From: Flavobacteriaceae bacterium
GTDB lineage: Bacteria; Bacteroidota; Bacteroidia; Flavobacteriales; Flavobacteriaceae
Assembly: GCA_013001365.1 (NCBI GenBank)
Contig: JABDMQ010000344.1
Coordinates: forward strand, 1-56,856
DNA: 56,856 nucleotides
Direction: 5' to 3'
Shown: positions 18,557 to 27,111 of the stretch, in pieces
How positions within the stretch are numbered: position 1 is the stretch's first letter
How the letters are laid out: every line of letters begins with the position of its first letter
The notes under the pieces: generated by a model
The model's database searches: none
Told to the model about the DNA's origin: nothing
What the model saw: the letters and a program-made list of their open reading frames with translations, nothing else
Position numbers and translations under genes: made by a program

Positions 18557-19625
18557 TTATATATTAAATAAAGCATTTTATGCCTTGTTGACGCTATTTG
18601 GCGTAGTTACTGTAATATTCTTCCTGTTTAATGTTTTGCCTGGCGACCCCGCAAAAATGATGTTGGGGCAGAACCAAACACAAGAGCAACTTGACGTTGT
18701 ATCCAAGAAATTTGGTTTTGACCAACCTATAGGAAAACAATATCTATATTATCTCAATGACCTTTCACCATTGTCATTTCAGAGTAAGGATCCAATTGAC
18801 TATACATATTTGGAAGAAGGAAAATATCAAGCTTCAAAGTTGTTCTCATTGGGTAATAATTATGTGGTATTGAAACTGCCATATTTACGGGAATCGTTTG
18901 CAAGACCAGGCAAACGAGTTTCTGATGTCATTGGAGAGACACTGCCTAATACATTTGTGCTTGCCATTACAGCAATAATTATTGCTATGATTCTTGGTGT
19001 ATTTCTAGGGATTGTTTCTGCGTTGTTCAAGGATCGTTGGTTGGACAAGGCGATTCAAGTATTCAGTACATTAGGAATGAGTGTTCCGTCTTTTTTCAGT
19101 GCCATCTTGTTTGCATGGTTCTTTGGTTATGTATTGCATAAGTACACCAATCTTGAAATGACAGGAAGTCTTTATGAACTCGACGATTTTGGTGAAGCCA
19201 TGAGCATTAAATGGAAAAACCTGATCTTACCAGCCATTGTCTTAGGAATCCGACCTTTGGCAGTTGTCATTCAATTGATGCGTAATTCTCTTCTAGAGAT
19301 TTTTAATCAAGACTATATTCGAACGGCACGAGCAAAAGGCCTTAGTGAGTTCAAGGTGATAAGGAATCATTCAGTCAAGAATGCCTTGAATCCTGTTATT
19401 ACGGCAATTTCTGGATGGTTTGCATCGATGTTGGCGGGAGCGGTTTTCGTAGAGTATATCTTTGGGTGGAATGGACTTGGAAAAGAGATCGTTAACGCTT
19501 TGAATTCATTAGACCTTCCGGTAATAATGGGTTCCGTATTGATCATTGCACTACTCTTTATAATAATCAATATTTTTGTAGATGTCATCTATGGATGGCT
19601 GGACCCTAAAGTTAAATTGCAATGA
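18549..19625 (+). CDS. ABC transporter permease, DppB/OppB-like (binding-protein-dependent family)
   Basis: It has the N-terminal motif VIFFLFNVLPGDPAKMMLG and an EAA-like loop YIRTARAKGLSEFKVIRNHSVKNAL. No partner permease, ATPase or binding-protein gene is in the window. Confidence 0.8.
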   Translation: MISYILNKAFYALLTLFGVVTVIFFLFNVLPGDPAKMMLGQNQTQEQLDVVSKKFGFDQPIGKQYLYYLNDLSPLSFQSKDPIDYTYLEEGKYQASKLFSLGNNYVVLKLPYLRESFARPGKRVSDVIGETLPNTFVLAITAIIIAMILGVFLGIVSALFKDRWLDKAIQVFSTLGMSVPSFFSAILFAWFFGYVLHKYTNLEMTGSLYELDDFGEAMSIKWKNLILPAIVLGIRPLAVVIQLMRNSLLEIFNQDYIRTARAKGLSEFKVIRNHSVKNALNPVITAISGWFASMLAGAVFVEYIFGWNGLGKEIVNALNSLDLPVIMGSVLIIALLFIIINIFVDVIYGWLDPKVKLQ

Positions 19626-20119
19626 ATCTGAAAAAGGCTGGTATCTTGCTATTCCTGTTTTCATTCCTTTATGGATGCTCTTTTGAGACACCCACTAGTT
19701 TCCCAGAGGAAGTATTGAATGATACAATGCTTCAATTGGATGGTAGTGAAATTCAGTTCAGGGATATACTAAGAAAGCATGAGGGGAAGAAGATCGTTAT
19801 AGATGTTTGGGCTTCATGGTGCAAGGACTGTATTGTAGGTTTTCCTAAATTGAAGGCACTGCAGGAGGAATTCCCGAATACGGATTTCGTTTTCTTGTCG
19901 GTAGATAGAAATCCAGCTGCTTGGCAAAGAAGTTTAACCCGATATGACCTGAAAGGTGACCATTATTTCATTCCTGATGGACAGAAAGGGGTTTTCGGGG
20001 ATTTCATGAATTCTAATTGGATTCCCAGATATTTGGTAATAGATGCTCAGGGTAACATAGAACTTTTCAAGGCCAAGAAAGCAGACGATAAAAATCTTAA
20101 AGAAGTATTGATCAATTAA
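19622..20119 (+). CDS. TlpA/thioredoxin-like thiol:disulfide oxidoreductase lipoprotein
   Basis: It has the lipobox LYGCS and the CxxC active site WASWCKDC. It overlaps the upstream gene by 4 nt (ATGA). Confidence 0.8.
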   Translation: MNLKKAGILLFLFSFLYGCSFETPTSFPEEVLNDTMLQLDGSEIQFRDILRKHEGKKIVIDVWASWCKDCIVGFPKLKALQEEFPNTDFVFLSVDRNPAAWQRSLTRYDLKGDHYFIPDGQKGVFGDFMNSNWIPRYLVIDAQGNIELFKAKKADDKNLKEVLIN

Positions 20120-20154
20120 ACAAAAGACCTCTGGTAAATAGAGGCAACAACAAC

Positions 20155-20904
20155 ATGAGAAAACAAATTGTAGCAGGTAACTGGAAGATGAACAATGATC
20201 TCCCTCAAACCCAATTATTGATAGATGATCTAAAAAAGCAAAAACTGACCTCTGATGCTGAGGTAATGATAGCGCCAACTTTCACCAACCTTTGGCATGC
20301 TTTTGAAGCCTTTAGGCAAGAACATATCGAGGTAATTGCCCAGAATATGCATTTTTCAGAAAGTGGTGCCTATACAGGTGAAGTAAGTGCATCAATGCTA
20401 AAAAGTGTTGGAATTGAAACAGTTATTTTAGGGCACAGCGAGCGAAGAGCCTACTTTAATGAGACCGATGAAATGTTGGCTAAAAAAGTAGATGCTGCAC
20501 TAAAAAATGGTATGCGTGTCATCTTTTGTTTTGGTGAGGAACTTGCTGATAGAAAAGCTGGCAATGAAGAAAATGTGGTTGAGAGCCAGATCAAGAATGC
20601 CTTGTTTCATTTAGACGGTGATGACTTCAAGAACATAGTCTTGGCATACGAACCAGTTTGGGCAATTGGTACAGGAGAAACTGCAAGTCCAGAACAGGCA
20701 CAGGACATGCATGCTTTCATAAGAAACACGCTTGACAATAAATTCGGAAAAGATATTGCTGATGCTGTTTCAATTCTTTATGGAGGTAGTGTGAAACCAA
20801 ATAATGCGGTAGAAATATTCTCCAAACCTGATGTTGACGGAGGACTGATTGGCGGAGCATCACTTAAAGCCGAAGATTTCTTTGCTATTGTCAACGCATT
20901 TTAA
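20155..20904 (+). CDS. tpiA: Triose-phosphate isomerase
   Basis: AGNWKMN, GHSERR, AYEPVWAIGTG and YGGSVKP are all present. Confidence 0.95.
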   Translation: MRKQIVAGNWKMNNDLPQTQLLIDDLKKQKLTSDAEVMIAPTFTNLWHAFEAFRQEHIEVIAQNMHFSESGAYTGEVSASMLKSVGIETVILGHSERRAYFNETDEMLAKKVDAALKNGMRVIFCFGEELADRKAGNEENVVESQIKNALFHLDGDDFKNIVLAYEPVWAIGTGETASPEQAQDMHAFIRNTLDNKFGKDIADAVSILYGGSVKPNNAVEIFSKPDVDGGLIGGASLKAEDFFAIVNAF

Positions 20905-21734
20905 TGTCAGACTATATTGCTTATCATTTCAAGGTCAATCCATTGGTACCTGGTGTTGAAATATTGATTGCAGAATTGGGTCTTGCTGGATTTGAGAGTT
21001 TTATTGAAACGGAAGATGGTCTTTCTGCATTTATCCAGAAAGAGCAGTGGCAAGATGCAATTTTGAAAGATATTCAGATACTTGATTCAAAGGAGTTCCA
21101 GATAACCTATGAGATTGAAAATATTGCTCAAACTAATTGGAATGAGCAATGGGAGAGTGGTTTCAATACTATTGTTGTAGATGACGTTTGTACAGTAAGA
21201 GCTCCTTTTCATGATGAGCCCAAGACTGAATACGATATCATCATTGAGCCAAAAATGAGTTTTGGTACAGGGCATCATGAAACGACCCACATGATGATTA
21301 AGCAAGTCCTTGACATTGATTTGAAGGGAAAAGATGTCCTGGATATGGGTTGCGGAACTGGAATCCTGGCCATACTGGCTGAAATGAGCGGAGCTAGAAG
21401 TATCGATGCCATCGACATTGATAATTGGAGCTACCTTAATTGTATTGAGAATGCTAAGCGAAATAATTGCAAGAACATAACAGTAAAAGAAGGAGATGCA
21501 TCGCTATTGGAGGATCAAACCTATGATGTCATTTTGGCAAATATCAATCGTAATGTTTTAATGAATGATATTCCAAAGTATTCAGGACATTTAGGAAAAA
21601 ACGGAATCCTAGTTCTGAGTGGGTTTTACGATAACGATATAAAAATGATTGAAAATGCCTGCTCTAAACATATGTTAAAAATGGTAAAAAAACTGGAACG
21701 AAATAATTGGGTGTCTCTAAAATTTATAAATTAG
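20904..21734 (+). CDS. prmA: Ribosomal protein L11 methyltransferase
   Basis: It has FGTGHHETT and the SAM-binding motif DMGCGTGILAI. Its start overlaps the tpiA stop (TAATG). Confidence 0.9.
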   Translation: MSDYIAYHFKVNPLVPGVEILIAELGLAGFESFIETEDGLSAFIQKEQWQDAILKDIQILDSKEFQITYEIENIAQTNWNEQWESGFNTIVVDDVCTVRAPFHDEPKTEYDIIIEPKMSFGTGHHETTHMMIKQVLDIDLKGKDVLDMGCGTGILAILAEMSGARSIDAIDIDNWSYLNCIENAKRNNCKNITVKEGDASLLEDQTYDVILANINRNVLMNDIPKYSGHLGKNGILVLSGFYDNDIKMIENACSKHMLKMVKKLERNNWVSLKFIN

Positions 21735-21752
21735 TGGTATAAAGCATTCTAA

Positions 21753-22028
21753 ATGAGCTCTAAGACTAAAATTCAAGAAGAAGTCCTGTTGGATGAAGAG
21801 GTCCTAAAACAGAATGAAATCGTACTCTATAATGATGACGTCAATACGTTCGATCACGTAATTGACACTTTGATAAATGCCTGTGATCATGTTCCAGAGC
21901 AGGCTGAACAGTGTGCAATCATAGTACATTATAAAGGGAAATGTACCGTAAAATCAGGTGATTATGATGATCTTAAACCACGTTGCAGTATGCTGCTTGA
22001 AGCAGGTTTAAGTGCCGAGATTATTTAG
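21753..22028 (+). CDS. clpS: ATP-dependent Clp protease adaptor ClpS
   Basis: It is 91 aa and has LYNDDVNTFDHVI and AEQCA..VH.KG. Confidence 0.9.
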   Translation: MSSKTKIQEEVLLDEEVLKQNEIVLYNDDVNTFDHVIDTLINACDHVPEQAEQCAIIVHYKGKCTVKSGDYDDLKPRCSMLLEAGLSAEII

Positions 22029-22230
22029 ATCCTACCTTACAAGTACTAATGCCGAACAATCTATATAGCGGACAAAAATTCACTAGGCTAGTTAAAAGAA
22101 GTATGATGGCTACTCCCATCAATACATAGGCCAATGTTCCACCGATATAATCCAAGAAATAAAGAACGCCGAGAATAGCTGCTATGACTACGCGGATTAG
22201 TTTGTCGGTATTACTCATGTTTTTTTTCAT
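22021..22230 (-). CDS. DUF2892 (YgaP C-terminal-like) small membrane protein
   Basis: It is 69 aa with DKLIRVVIAAILG...FCPLYRLFGISTC, and it is the last gene of the sulfur cluster. It overlaps the convergent clpS end by 8 nt. Confidence 0.7.
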   Translation of the reverse strand: MKKNMSNTDKLIRVVIAAILGVLYFLDYIGGTLAYVLMGVAIILLLTSLVNFCPLYRLFGISTCKVGSK

Positions 22231-22249
22231 GATCCTGAGTTGTTAGTTG

Positions 22250-23656
22250 TTATAATGTTGAAGGGCAAACAAAATCAGTTGTTGCCAGATCTGTCTTTTT
22301 AATGGCTCCGAAACCACCGGCTACATCCACAAGGCCAATGAACCCTCTAGCCTTCATGATAGAGGCCGCAATGACCGAACGATAACCACCAGCACAATGA
22401 ATATGATATGGTTTGTCCTTTTCGATCTGGGACATGTTATCATTTATGAAATCCAAAGCAAAATGTTGTGCTCCTTCCAAATGCATAGATTGAAATTCCC
22501 CTTCTCGTCTCACGTCCAGTACATTTAACTCATTTTCCTGCATTCTGGTTGCAAATTCTTCTGCAGAGATTGATTCTATGGTTTCGATTTCTTTACCTGC
22601 TTTTTTCCATCCTTCAATTCCTCCTTCAAGATATCCAAGTGTATTGTCATAACCAACTCTCGAAAGCCTTGTAATTGCCTCTTTAGATCTTCCCTTTGGT
22701 ACCACCAATAATATTGGCTGTTTAAGATCAGTGACCAGAGCTCCGACCCAAGGTGCAAAAGTGCCATTCAGACCAATGAAAATAGAATTAGGAATATGTC
22801 CAGCAACAAAATCCTTTTCATTTCGCACATCCAAAACGAGTCCACCTTCATGATTCGCAAGAGCTTCAAATTCCTCAGGGTCCAATGCAACATTGCCGGT
22901 CTTTAGGACGGTTTCGAAATTTTCGTAGCCAAATTTATTTAGCATGGCATTTTTTGCAAAGTATTGAGGCGGTGGAGGCATTCCTGATAATACTTCTTCA
23001 ACGAATTCATCTTTGGTCATATCTGCCCTAAGCGCATAATTGGTTCTCTTTTGATTACCTATGGTGCCAACAGTTTCCTTACTTAAGTTCTTGCCACATG
23101 CCGATCCTGCGCCATGTGCTGGATATACAATAACGTAGTCTGCCAAGGTCATGACCTTAGATCGTAATGAGTCATAAAGCATACCTGCAAGGTCTTCTTT
23201 GGTAACATCAGATTTTATGGCCAGGTCTGGACGTCCGACGTCTCCAAGAAAGAGAGTATCTCCAGAAAACAGTGCGTGATGGTTTCCATTCTCATCTATA
23301 AGCAAGTAACAACTTGACTCAGGTGTATGGCCTGGTGTATGCAAGACCTTAATGGTTGTTTTCCCAATTTGGAATTCTTCGTTGTCTTTGGCACTATGGA
23401 TATCGTAATTGGTTTCTGCCATTGGACCAAAAACTATCGTTGCCCCAGTTTTCTTCGCAAGATCGATGTGACCAGAGACAAAATCAGCATGAAAGTGTGT
23501 TTCAAAGACATACTTTATCTTGACATTGTTTGTTTTTGCCTTGTCGATATAGGGTTGGATTTCCCTTAATGGGTCTATGATGGCTGCTTCTCCCTCAGAC
23601 TCAATATAATAGGCTCCTTGGGCAAGACATCCTGTATAGATTTGTTCAATTTTCAT
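22250..23656 (-). CDS. MBL-fold persulfide dioxygenase-like protein fused to two rhodanese domains
   Basis: It has the metal motif ETHFHADFVSGH with HTPGHTPES, and two rhodanese modules, the last with the active-site loop IHCAGGYRS. I prefer the start MKIEQIYTG (ATG at 23656) over the 21-codon upstream extension in the track. Confidence 0.85.
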   Translation of the reverse strand: MKIEQIYTGCLAQGAYYIESEGEAAIIDPLREIQPYIDKAKTNNVKIKYVFETHFHADFVSGHIDLAKKTGATIVFGPMAETNYDIHSAKDNEEFQIGKTTIKVLHTPGHTPESSCYLLIDENGNHHALFSGDTLFLGDVGRPDLAIKSDVTKEDLAGMLYDSLRSKVMTLADYVIVYPAHGAGSACGKNLSKETVGTIGNQKRTNYALRADMTKDEFVEEVLSGMPPPPQYFAKNAMLNKFGYENFETVLKTGNVALDPEEFEALANHEGGLVLDVRNEKDFVAGHIPNSIFIGLNGTFAPWVGALVTDLKQPILLVVPKGRSKEAITRLSRVGYDNTLGYLEGGIEGWKKAGKEIETIESISAEEFATRMQENELNVLDVRREGEFQSMHLEGAQHFALDFINDNMSQIEKDKPYHIHCAGGYRSVIAASIMKARGFIGLVDVAGGFGAIKKTDLATTDFVCPSTL

Positions 23657-23753
23657 TGTAAAAGCCATTCTTAATTCATTGTGCAAAGATACAAAATGAA
23701 AGGATTGGGTTAATATCAATAACCTATTGGATAAATGTCAATTGAATAAGATA

Positions 23754-24167
23754 TTAATGTGGTAGTTTATTTCTTAATAATCCATAAACGAAGGTGCCTA
23801 AAACAGCAGATATTAAAACGATGATCATAGAGGTAGCGCCAGCGCCGATCAAAATGAAAATAGGACCTGGACAAGCGCCTGCTAAAGCCCACCCCAGTCC
23901 AAAAATCGTACCTCCAGCGATATAATTTATATAGCCTTTACGCTTCTTGATCACATTGATCTTAAATCCTTCAATATTCTTGACTCCCATTTTCCTTGAT
24001 ATTTCAAGAAGAAGAATACCAGTTATTATTGCTGAACCAATTATGCCGTACATATGGAATGATTCGAAACGAAACATCTCATAGATTCGATACCATGAAA
24101 CCGCTTCAGATTTCATTAATATGATTCCGAATACAATACCTACAAATAAGAATTTCAAATATTTCAT
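23754..24167 (-). CDS. YeeE/YedE-family sulfur-compound transporter, C-terminal half-type subunit
   Basis: It has the conserved Cys motif GWALAGACPGP and 4 TM helices. The start MKYLKFLFVG at 24167 avoids overlap with the upstream gene. Confidence 0.8.
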   Translation of the reverse strand: MKYLKFLFVGIVFGIILMKSEAVSWYRIYEMFRFESFHMYGIIGSAIITGILLLEISRKMGVKNIEGFKINVIKKRKGYINYIAGGTIFGLGWALAGACPGPIFILIGAGATSMIIVLISAVLGTFVYGLLRNKLPH

Positions 24168-24178
24168 GGAGGTCTGTT

Positions 24179-24736
24179 TTAGAAAATCAATGGAAATATT
24201 AAGTGAATCATTATCAGTCCGCCAATAAAGAATCCAATAACCGCGAATAGTGATGGCTTCTGTAATGAACTTAGGCCGGTGATTGCATGACCAGAAGTGC
24301 ATCCGCCAGCATATCTGGTGCCAAAACCAACTAGAAAGCCTGCTATTACCAGAATCGATATTCCTTTAATAGATAGTAAATTGGCCCAGGAATAAAGTTC
24401 TCCAGGAAGTATACTCTGACCAGCATCATTGAATCCCAAACTCTTCAATTTTAGGACTGTTTGAGGATTGAGATCAATATTAGTTGGTTCAGAAAGATAG
24501 AACTGCGATATGAATCCACCAATTAATGCTCCAACAGCCATAACGAGATTCCATGTTCTTTCCCGCCATTTGGTACGGAAGAAATCTGATTTCTTGCCAG
24601 CACCTGCAATTGTGCAAATTGTTGCTAGATTGGAAGACATGCCAAATGTCTTACCAAGGTAAATCATAATGAACATTACAATGGCTATTAGGGGGCCTGT
24701 AATATACCATGGCCAAGGCTGAAGGATAAATTCCAT
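24179..24736 (-). CDS. YeeE/YedE-family sulfur-compound transporter, N-terminal half-type subunit
   Basis: It has the motif RYAGGCTSGHAITG and is a polytopic membrane protein. Confidence 0.8.
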   Translation of the reverse strand: MEFILQPWPWYITGPLIAIVMFIMIYLGKTFGMSSNLATICTIAGAGKKSDFFRTKWRERTWNLVMAVGALIGGFISQFYLSEPTNIDLNPQTVLKLKSLGFNDAGQSILPGELYSWANLLSIKGISILVIAGFLVGFGTRYAGGCTSGHAITGLSSLQKPSLFAVIGFFIGGLIMIHLIFPLIF

Positions 24737-24866
24737 AAAAAAGAATTAAGTGCGAATATATAATTGTTTCTGAGTTAAATCCAAGAATCCAAATACTTTT
24801 TGTTGAATAACAAAACGAAGCTGTAAATTCTTAATTAAAGCTACCGCCTGTTTTTTGGAAAAGTCA

Positions 24867-24874
24867 TATATTTG
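24867..24874 (+). promoter_or_regulatory. Candidate -7 box (TATATTTG) for tRNA-Arg
   Basis: TATATTTG is followed by CATCCCGC and lies 13 nt upstream of the tRNA 5' end. The context matches the tRNA-Glu promoter. Confidence 0.5.
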
Positions 24875-24886
24875 CATCCCGCAAAA

Positions 24887-24960
24887 GGCCTCGTAGCATA
24901 ACTGAATAGTGCACTTGATTACGGCTCAAGAGGTTGCAGGTTTGAATCCTGCCGAGGTCA
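24887..24960 (+). tRNA. tRNA-Arg (anticodon ACG)
   Basis: I folded it by hand. The acceptor stem is GGCCTCG / CGAGGTC (one G-U pair). The anticodon stem is CTTGA / TCAAG with loop TT-ACG-GC. The T-arm is GCAGG-TTTGAAT-CCTGC. CCA is not encoded. Confidence 0.88.
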
Positions 24961-24965
24961 CGAAT

Positions 24966-25027
24966 AAACCAAAAATCCGCTAGGTAAATCAAGCTCGCTT
25001 GAATTTATTAAGGCGGATTTTTGGTTT
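24966..25027. terminator. Long extended hairpin immediately after tRNA-Arg (terminator-like, symmetric)
   Basis: A 15-bp outer stem, aaaccaaaaatccgc / gcggatttttggttt, encloses a 32-nt segment that can form its own small hairpin. The arms themselves supply the A- and T-runs. Confidence 0.5.
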
Positions 25028-25029
25028 TC

Positions 25030-25247
25030 AAAGCGGAGCTTTGTCAGGAAGGGCGTTAGCCAATCCTGTTTATTTTCAGCGCGGAGCGCTAAAGGATATG
25101 CAATCCTGCTTGAGCGTTTTTCTGTTTGGGCTATTTCCAAAGCGGAGCTTTGTCAGGAAGGGCGTGAGCCAATCCTGTTTATTTTCAGCGCGGAGCGCTA
25201 AAGGAGATGCAATCCTGCTTGAGCGTTTTTTTGTTTGGGTTATTTTC
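25030..25247 (+). repeat. Two tandem copies of a 109-bp GC-enriched structured repeat
   Basis: Unit 1 (25030-25138) and unit 2 (25139-25247) differ at 5 positions by hand alignment. Each has the hairpins caaagc-GGA-gctttg and agcgc-GGA-gcgct, then an aggat-atgca-atcct hairpin nested in a longer imperfect stem, then a T-run. Confidence 0.9.
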
Positions 25248-25289
25248 ATCCCGAGGTTTCGGGAGGAGCCCTGCCTGCCTGCAGACAGG

Positions 25290-25329
25290 TTTGTCAGGAA
25301 GGGCGTTAGCCAATCCTGTTTATTTTCAA
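25290..25329 (+). repeat. Partial third copy of the 109-bp repeat
   Basis: tttgtcaggaagggcgttagccaatcctgtttattttca is identical to 25040-25078 of unit 1. It is preceded by a different GC-rich segment containing the hairpin cccga-ggtt-tcggg. Confidence 0.85.
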
Positions 25330-25432
25330 GTTGAAGATCTGTCAAAAAGAGTTTACAATTCTACTGAGGTACGCGGTCTAGTCATAAAAATATTAGTAAC
25401 TTAGGTTAGCACTAATAATAATCCATATAGCT

Positions 25433-26389
25433 ATGCTAAATTTCATGAATACAGTAAAAGGGTCTTTACTTGAAGGCTTTTACCCAACGGGCTGGGACTT
25501 TGAAAAGATTGATGCTTGTTGTGACCTTGGAATAGAAAAGCTAACTGCTAGGGCTTCTTTCTGGCACCCTGATTTTTCCCCGGAGCCCGTCAATGATCTC
25601 GAATCCATGGAACGACGCATGGGTGAAGAAATTGCTAAAGTAATCATTGAGGCGAAGCAAGAATCAAGGCCATTGGCCATTATTCTGCCAGTTGGGCCAA
25701 TGGGTATGTACAAATACGTGGTCAACATTCTTAAAGATGCAAATATATCTGCGGACCACGTTACTACTTTTAACATGGACGAATGGTCTGATAAGGATGG
25801 AAATACAATGCCTGGTGATCAGGATGGAGGATTTGAAAAAGCCATGAACCAAGCGTTATTTGAACCACTTGGAATTCTTACGGTTCCAAAGGCCAAGCGT
25901 AATTTTGCAACAAAGGACAATCTACCTACGTACGCTGAAAAGATCAAAAATATAAAAGAGTCAGGAGGTTCATTGGTAACGGTCTATGGCATAGGTAGAG
26001 CATGTCACATAGCATTTTGGGAACCGCAAATCGGAGATGAATTCAGTAATGACTCCGATTGGAAATCCGAATCATATCGCATCGGACAAGCATTGCATCC
26101 GCTTACCATTGAGCAGAACTCGCTTCATAGTTTTGCTAGTAGATTTACACTTATCCCTTGTTGGGCAAATACTGTAGGACCAGGTCTTTTTCTTAATAGC
26201 GATTACTGCATAGGAGGTGCTGATGGAATATACCCTAACAGAGGTGCATGCTGGCAAGGCATGAGTCTTTGTGTGACTTTGCAATATGGTCCATCTCGTT
26301 GGATTCCATCAAGTTGGATGCCTACACTTCCTGGAAGGTTAATATTTATTAATGAATTAGCAGGACCTTTGATTCCTGAAGCTCATTAA
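25433..26389 (+). CDS. Glucosamine-6-phosphate deaminase / 6-phosphogluconolactonase-superfamily protein (NagB-like, 318 aa)
   Basis: It has a family-like core (LAIILPVGPMGMYKYVV ... TFNMDEWSD ... YGIGRACHIAFWEP). The assignment is by resemblance only and the substrate is unknown. Confidence 0.5.
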   Translation: MLNFMNTVKGSLLEGFYPTGWDFEKIDACCDLGIEKLTARASFWHPDFSPEPVNDLESMERRMGEEIAKVIIEAKQESRPLAIILPVGPMGMYKYVVNILKDANISADHVTTFNMDEWSDKDGNTMPGDQDGGFEKAMNQALFEPLGILTVPKAKRNFATKDNLPTYAEKIKNIKESGGSLVTVYGIGRACHIAFWEPQIGDEFSNDSDWKSESYRIGQALHPLTIEQNSLHSFASRFTLIPCWANTVGPGLFLNSDYCIGGADGIYPNRGACWQGMSLCVTLQYGPSRWIPSSWMPTLPGRLIFINELAGPLIPEAH

Positions 26390-26446
26390 TAGAATCTTAA
26401 GTGCAACGCATTAAATTTTAAAAGTCATTTTTATTATCTTCCACTT

Positions 26447-26962
26447 GTGAAAGAATTCGAGAGTTTTATAAGGGACATCCATGATTTTCCGAAGCCAGGT
26501 GTGCTCTTCAAGGACATTTCTCCATTATTAGCGAATCCTAAGGCTATGCACGATTGTACCAATGCATTGTATGATCTTATTGGGGACGAAAGAATTGATA
26601 AGGTCATAGGCATCGAATCACGAGGGTTTTTCTTTGCGACCCTACTTGCCAATAAATTCGATGCCGGTTTTATCCCAGTAAGGAAATCCGGTAAGTTACC
26701 ATATAAAACAGTTGCTGAATCCTATGAACTGGAATATGGTAATGGTATCCTGGAGATTCATGAAGATGCCATCCAGAAAGGGGATAGAGTTGTTATTCAT
26801 GATGATGTTCTTGCTACAGGAGGAACTGCAAGGGCAGTCTGTAATCTTGTCGAGAAACTTGGGGGTGAAATCGTTCAATGTAATTTCTTGATCGAACTTG
26901 TTTTCTTGAATGGAAAGGAGAAGATCCAAGAATTTCCTTATGCTGCGTTATTCAAGTATTAA
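26447..26962 (+). CDS. apt: Adenine phosphoribosyltransferase
   Basis: (M)KEFESFIRDIHDFPKPGVLFKDISPLL and the PRPP motif VVIHDDVLATGGTA are present. The start codon is GTG. Confidence 0.92.
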   Translation: MKEFESFIRDIHDFPKPGVLFKDISPLLANPKAMHDCTNALYDLIGDERIDKVIGIESRGFFFATLLANKFDAGFIPVRKSGKLPYKTVAESYELEYGNGILEIHEDAIQKGDRVVIHDDVLATGGTARAVCNLVEKLGGEIVQCNFLIELVFLNGKEKIQEFPYAALFKY

Positions 26963-27111
26963 TCTAACGCTCGCTTAGTAACATAAATGCGCCATCCGAA
27001 TATGGCCAGCTGTAATTTTGATGCCTTGGTAAGGTCCAATTGTTTCTTGGTGTAACTTGGAAGAATAAGTTTGTTCAGTTTAGCTAAGAATTTGAATATC
27101 GATTTTTGCAT
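26959..27111 (-). CDS. Unlisted 50-aa ORF (MQKSIFKFLAKLNKLILPSYTKKQLDLTKASKLQLAIFGWRIYVTKRALD)
   Basis: I translated it by hand, and it is below the track's size cut-off. A perfect minus-strand -7 box (plus-strand caaatata, 27180-27187) lies ~70 nt upstream. Its stop overlaps the apt stop. I recognise no family. Confidence 0.3.
   Translation of the reverse strand: MQKSIFKFLAKLNKLILPSYTKKQLDLTKASKLQLAIFGWRIYVTKRALD

Noticed and set aside
25030-25329. I considered whether this is a CRISPR array.
   Set aside because: The repeat unit is 109 bp and the copies are directly adjacent, with no unique spacers of regular size. No cas genes are in the window.
24887-25330. I considered an integrative element or genomic island inserted at tRNA-Arg.
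   Set aside because: There is no integrase, excisionase or transposase ORF, and no duplicated tRNA 3' end downstream. The following genes (NagB-like, apt) look like core genes.
24958-25404. Four track ORFs (24958-25140 -, 24999-25334 +, 25076-25345 -, 25207-25404 +) span the region after tRNA-Arg.
   Set aside because: They exist only because the GC-enriched 109-bp repeats lack stop codons. Their products are repeat-driven (FVRKGVSQSCLFSARSAKG twice). They overlap each other on both strands and have no promoter or start context. I treat the region as non-coding structured repeats.
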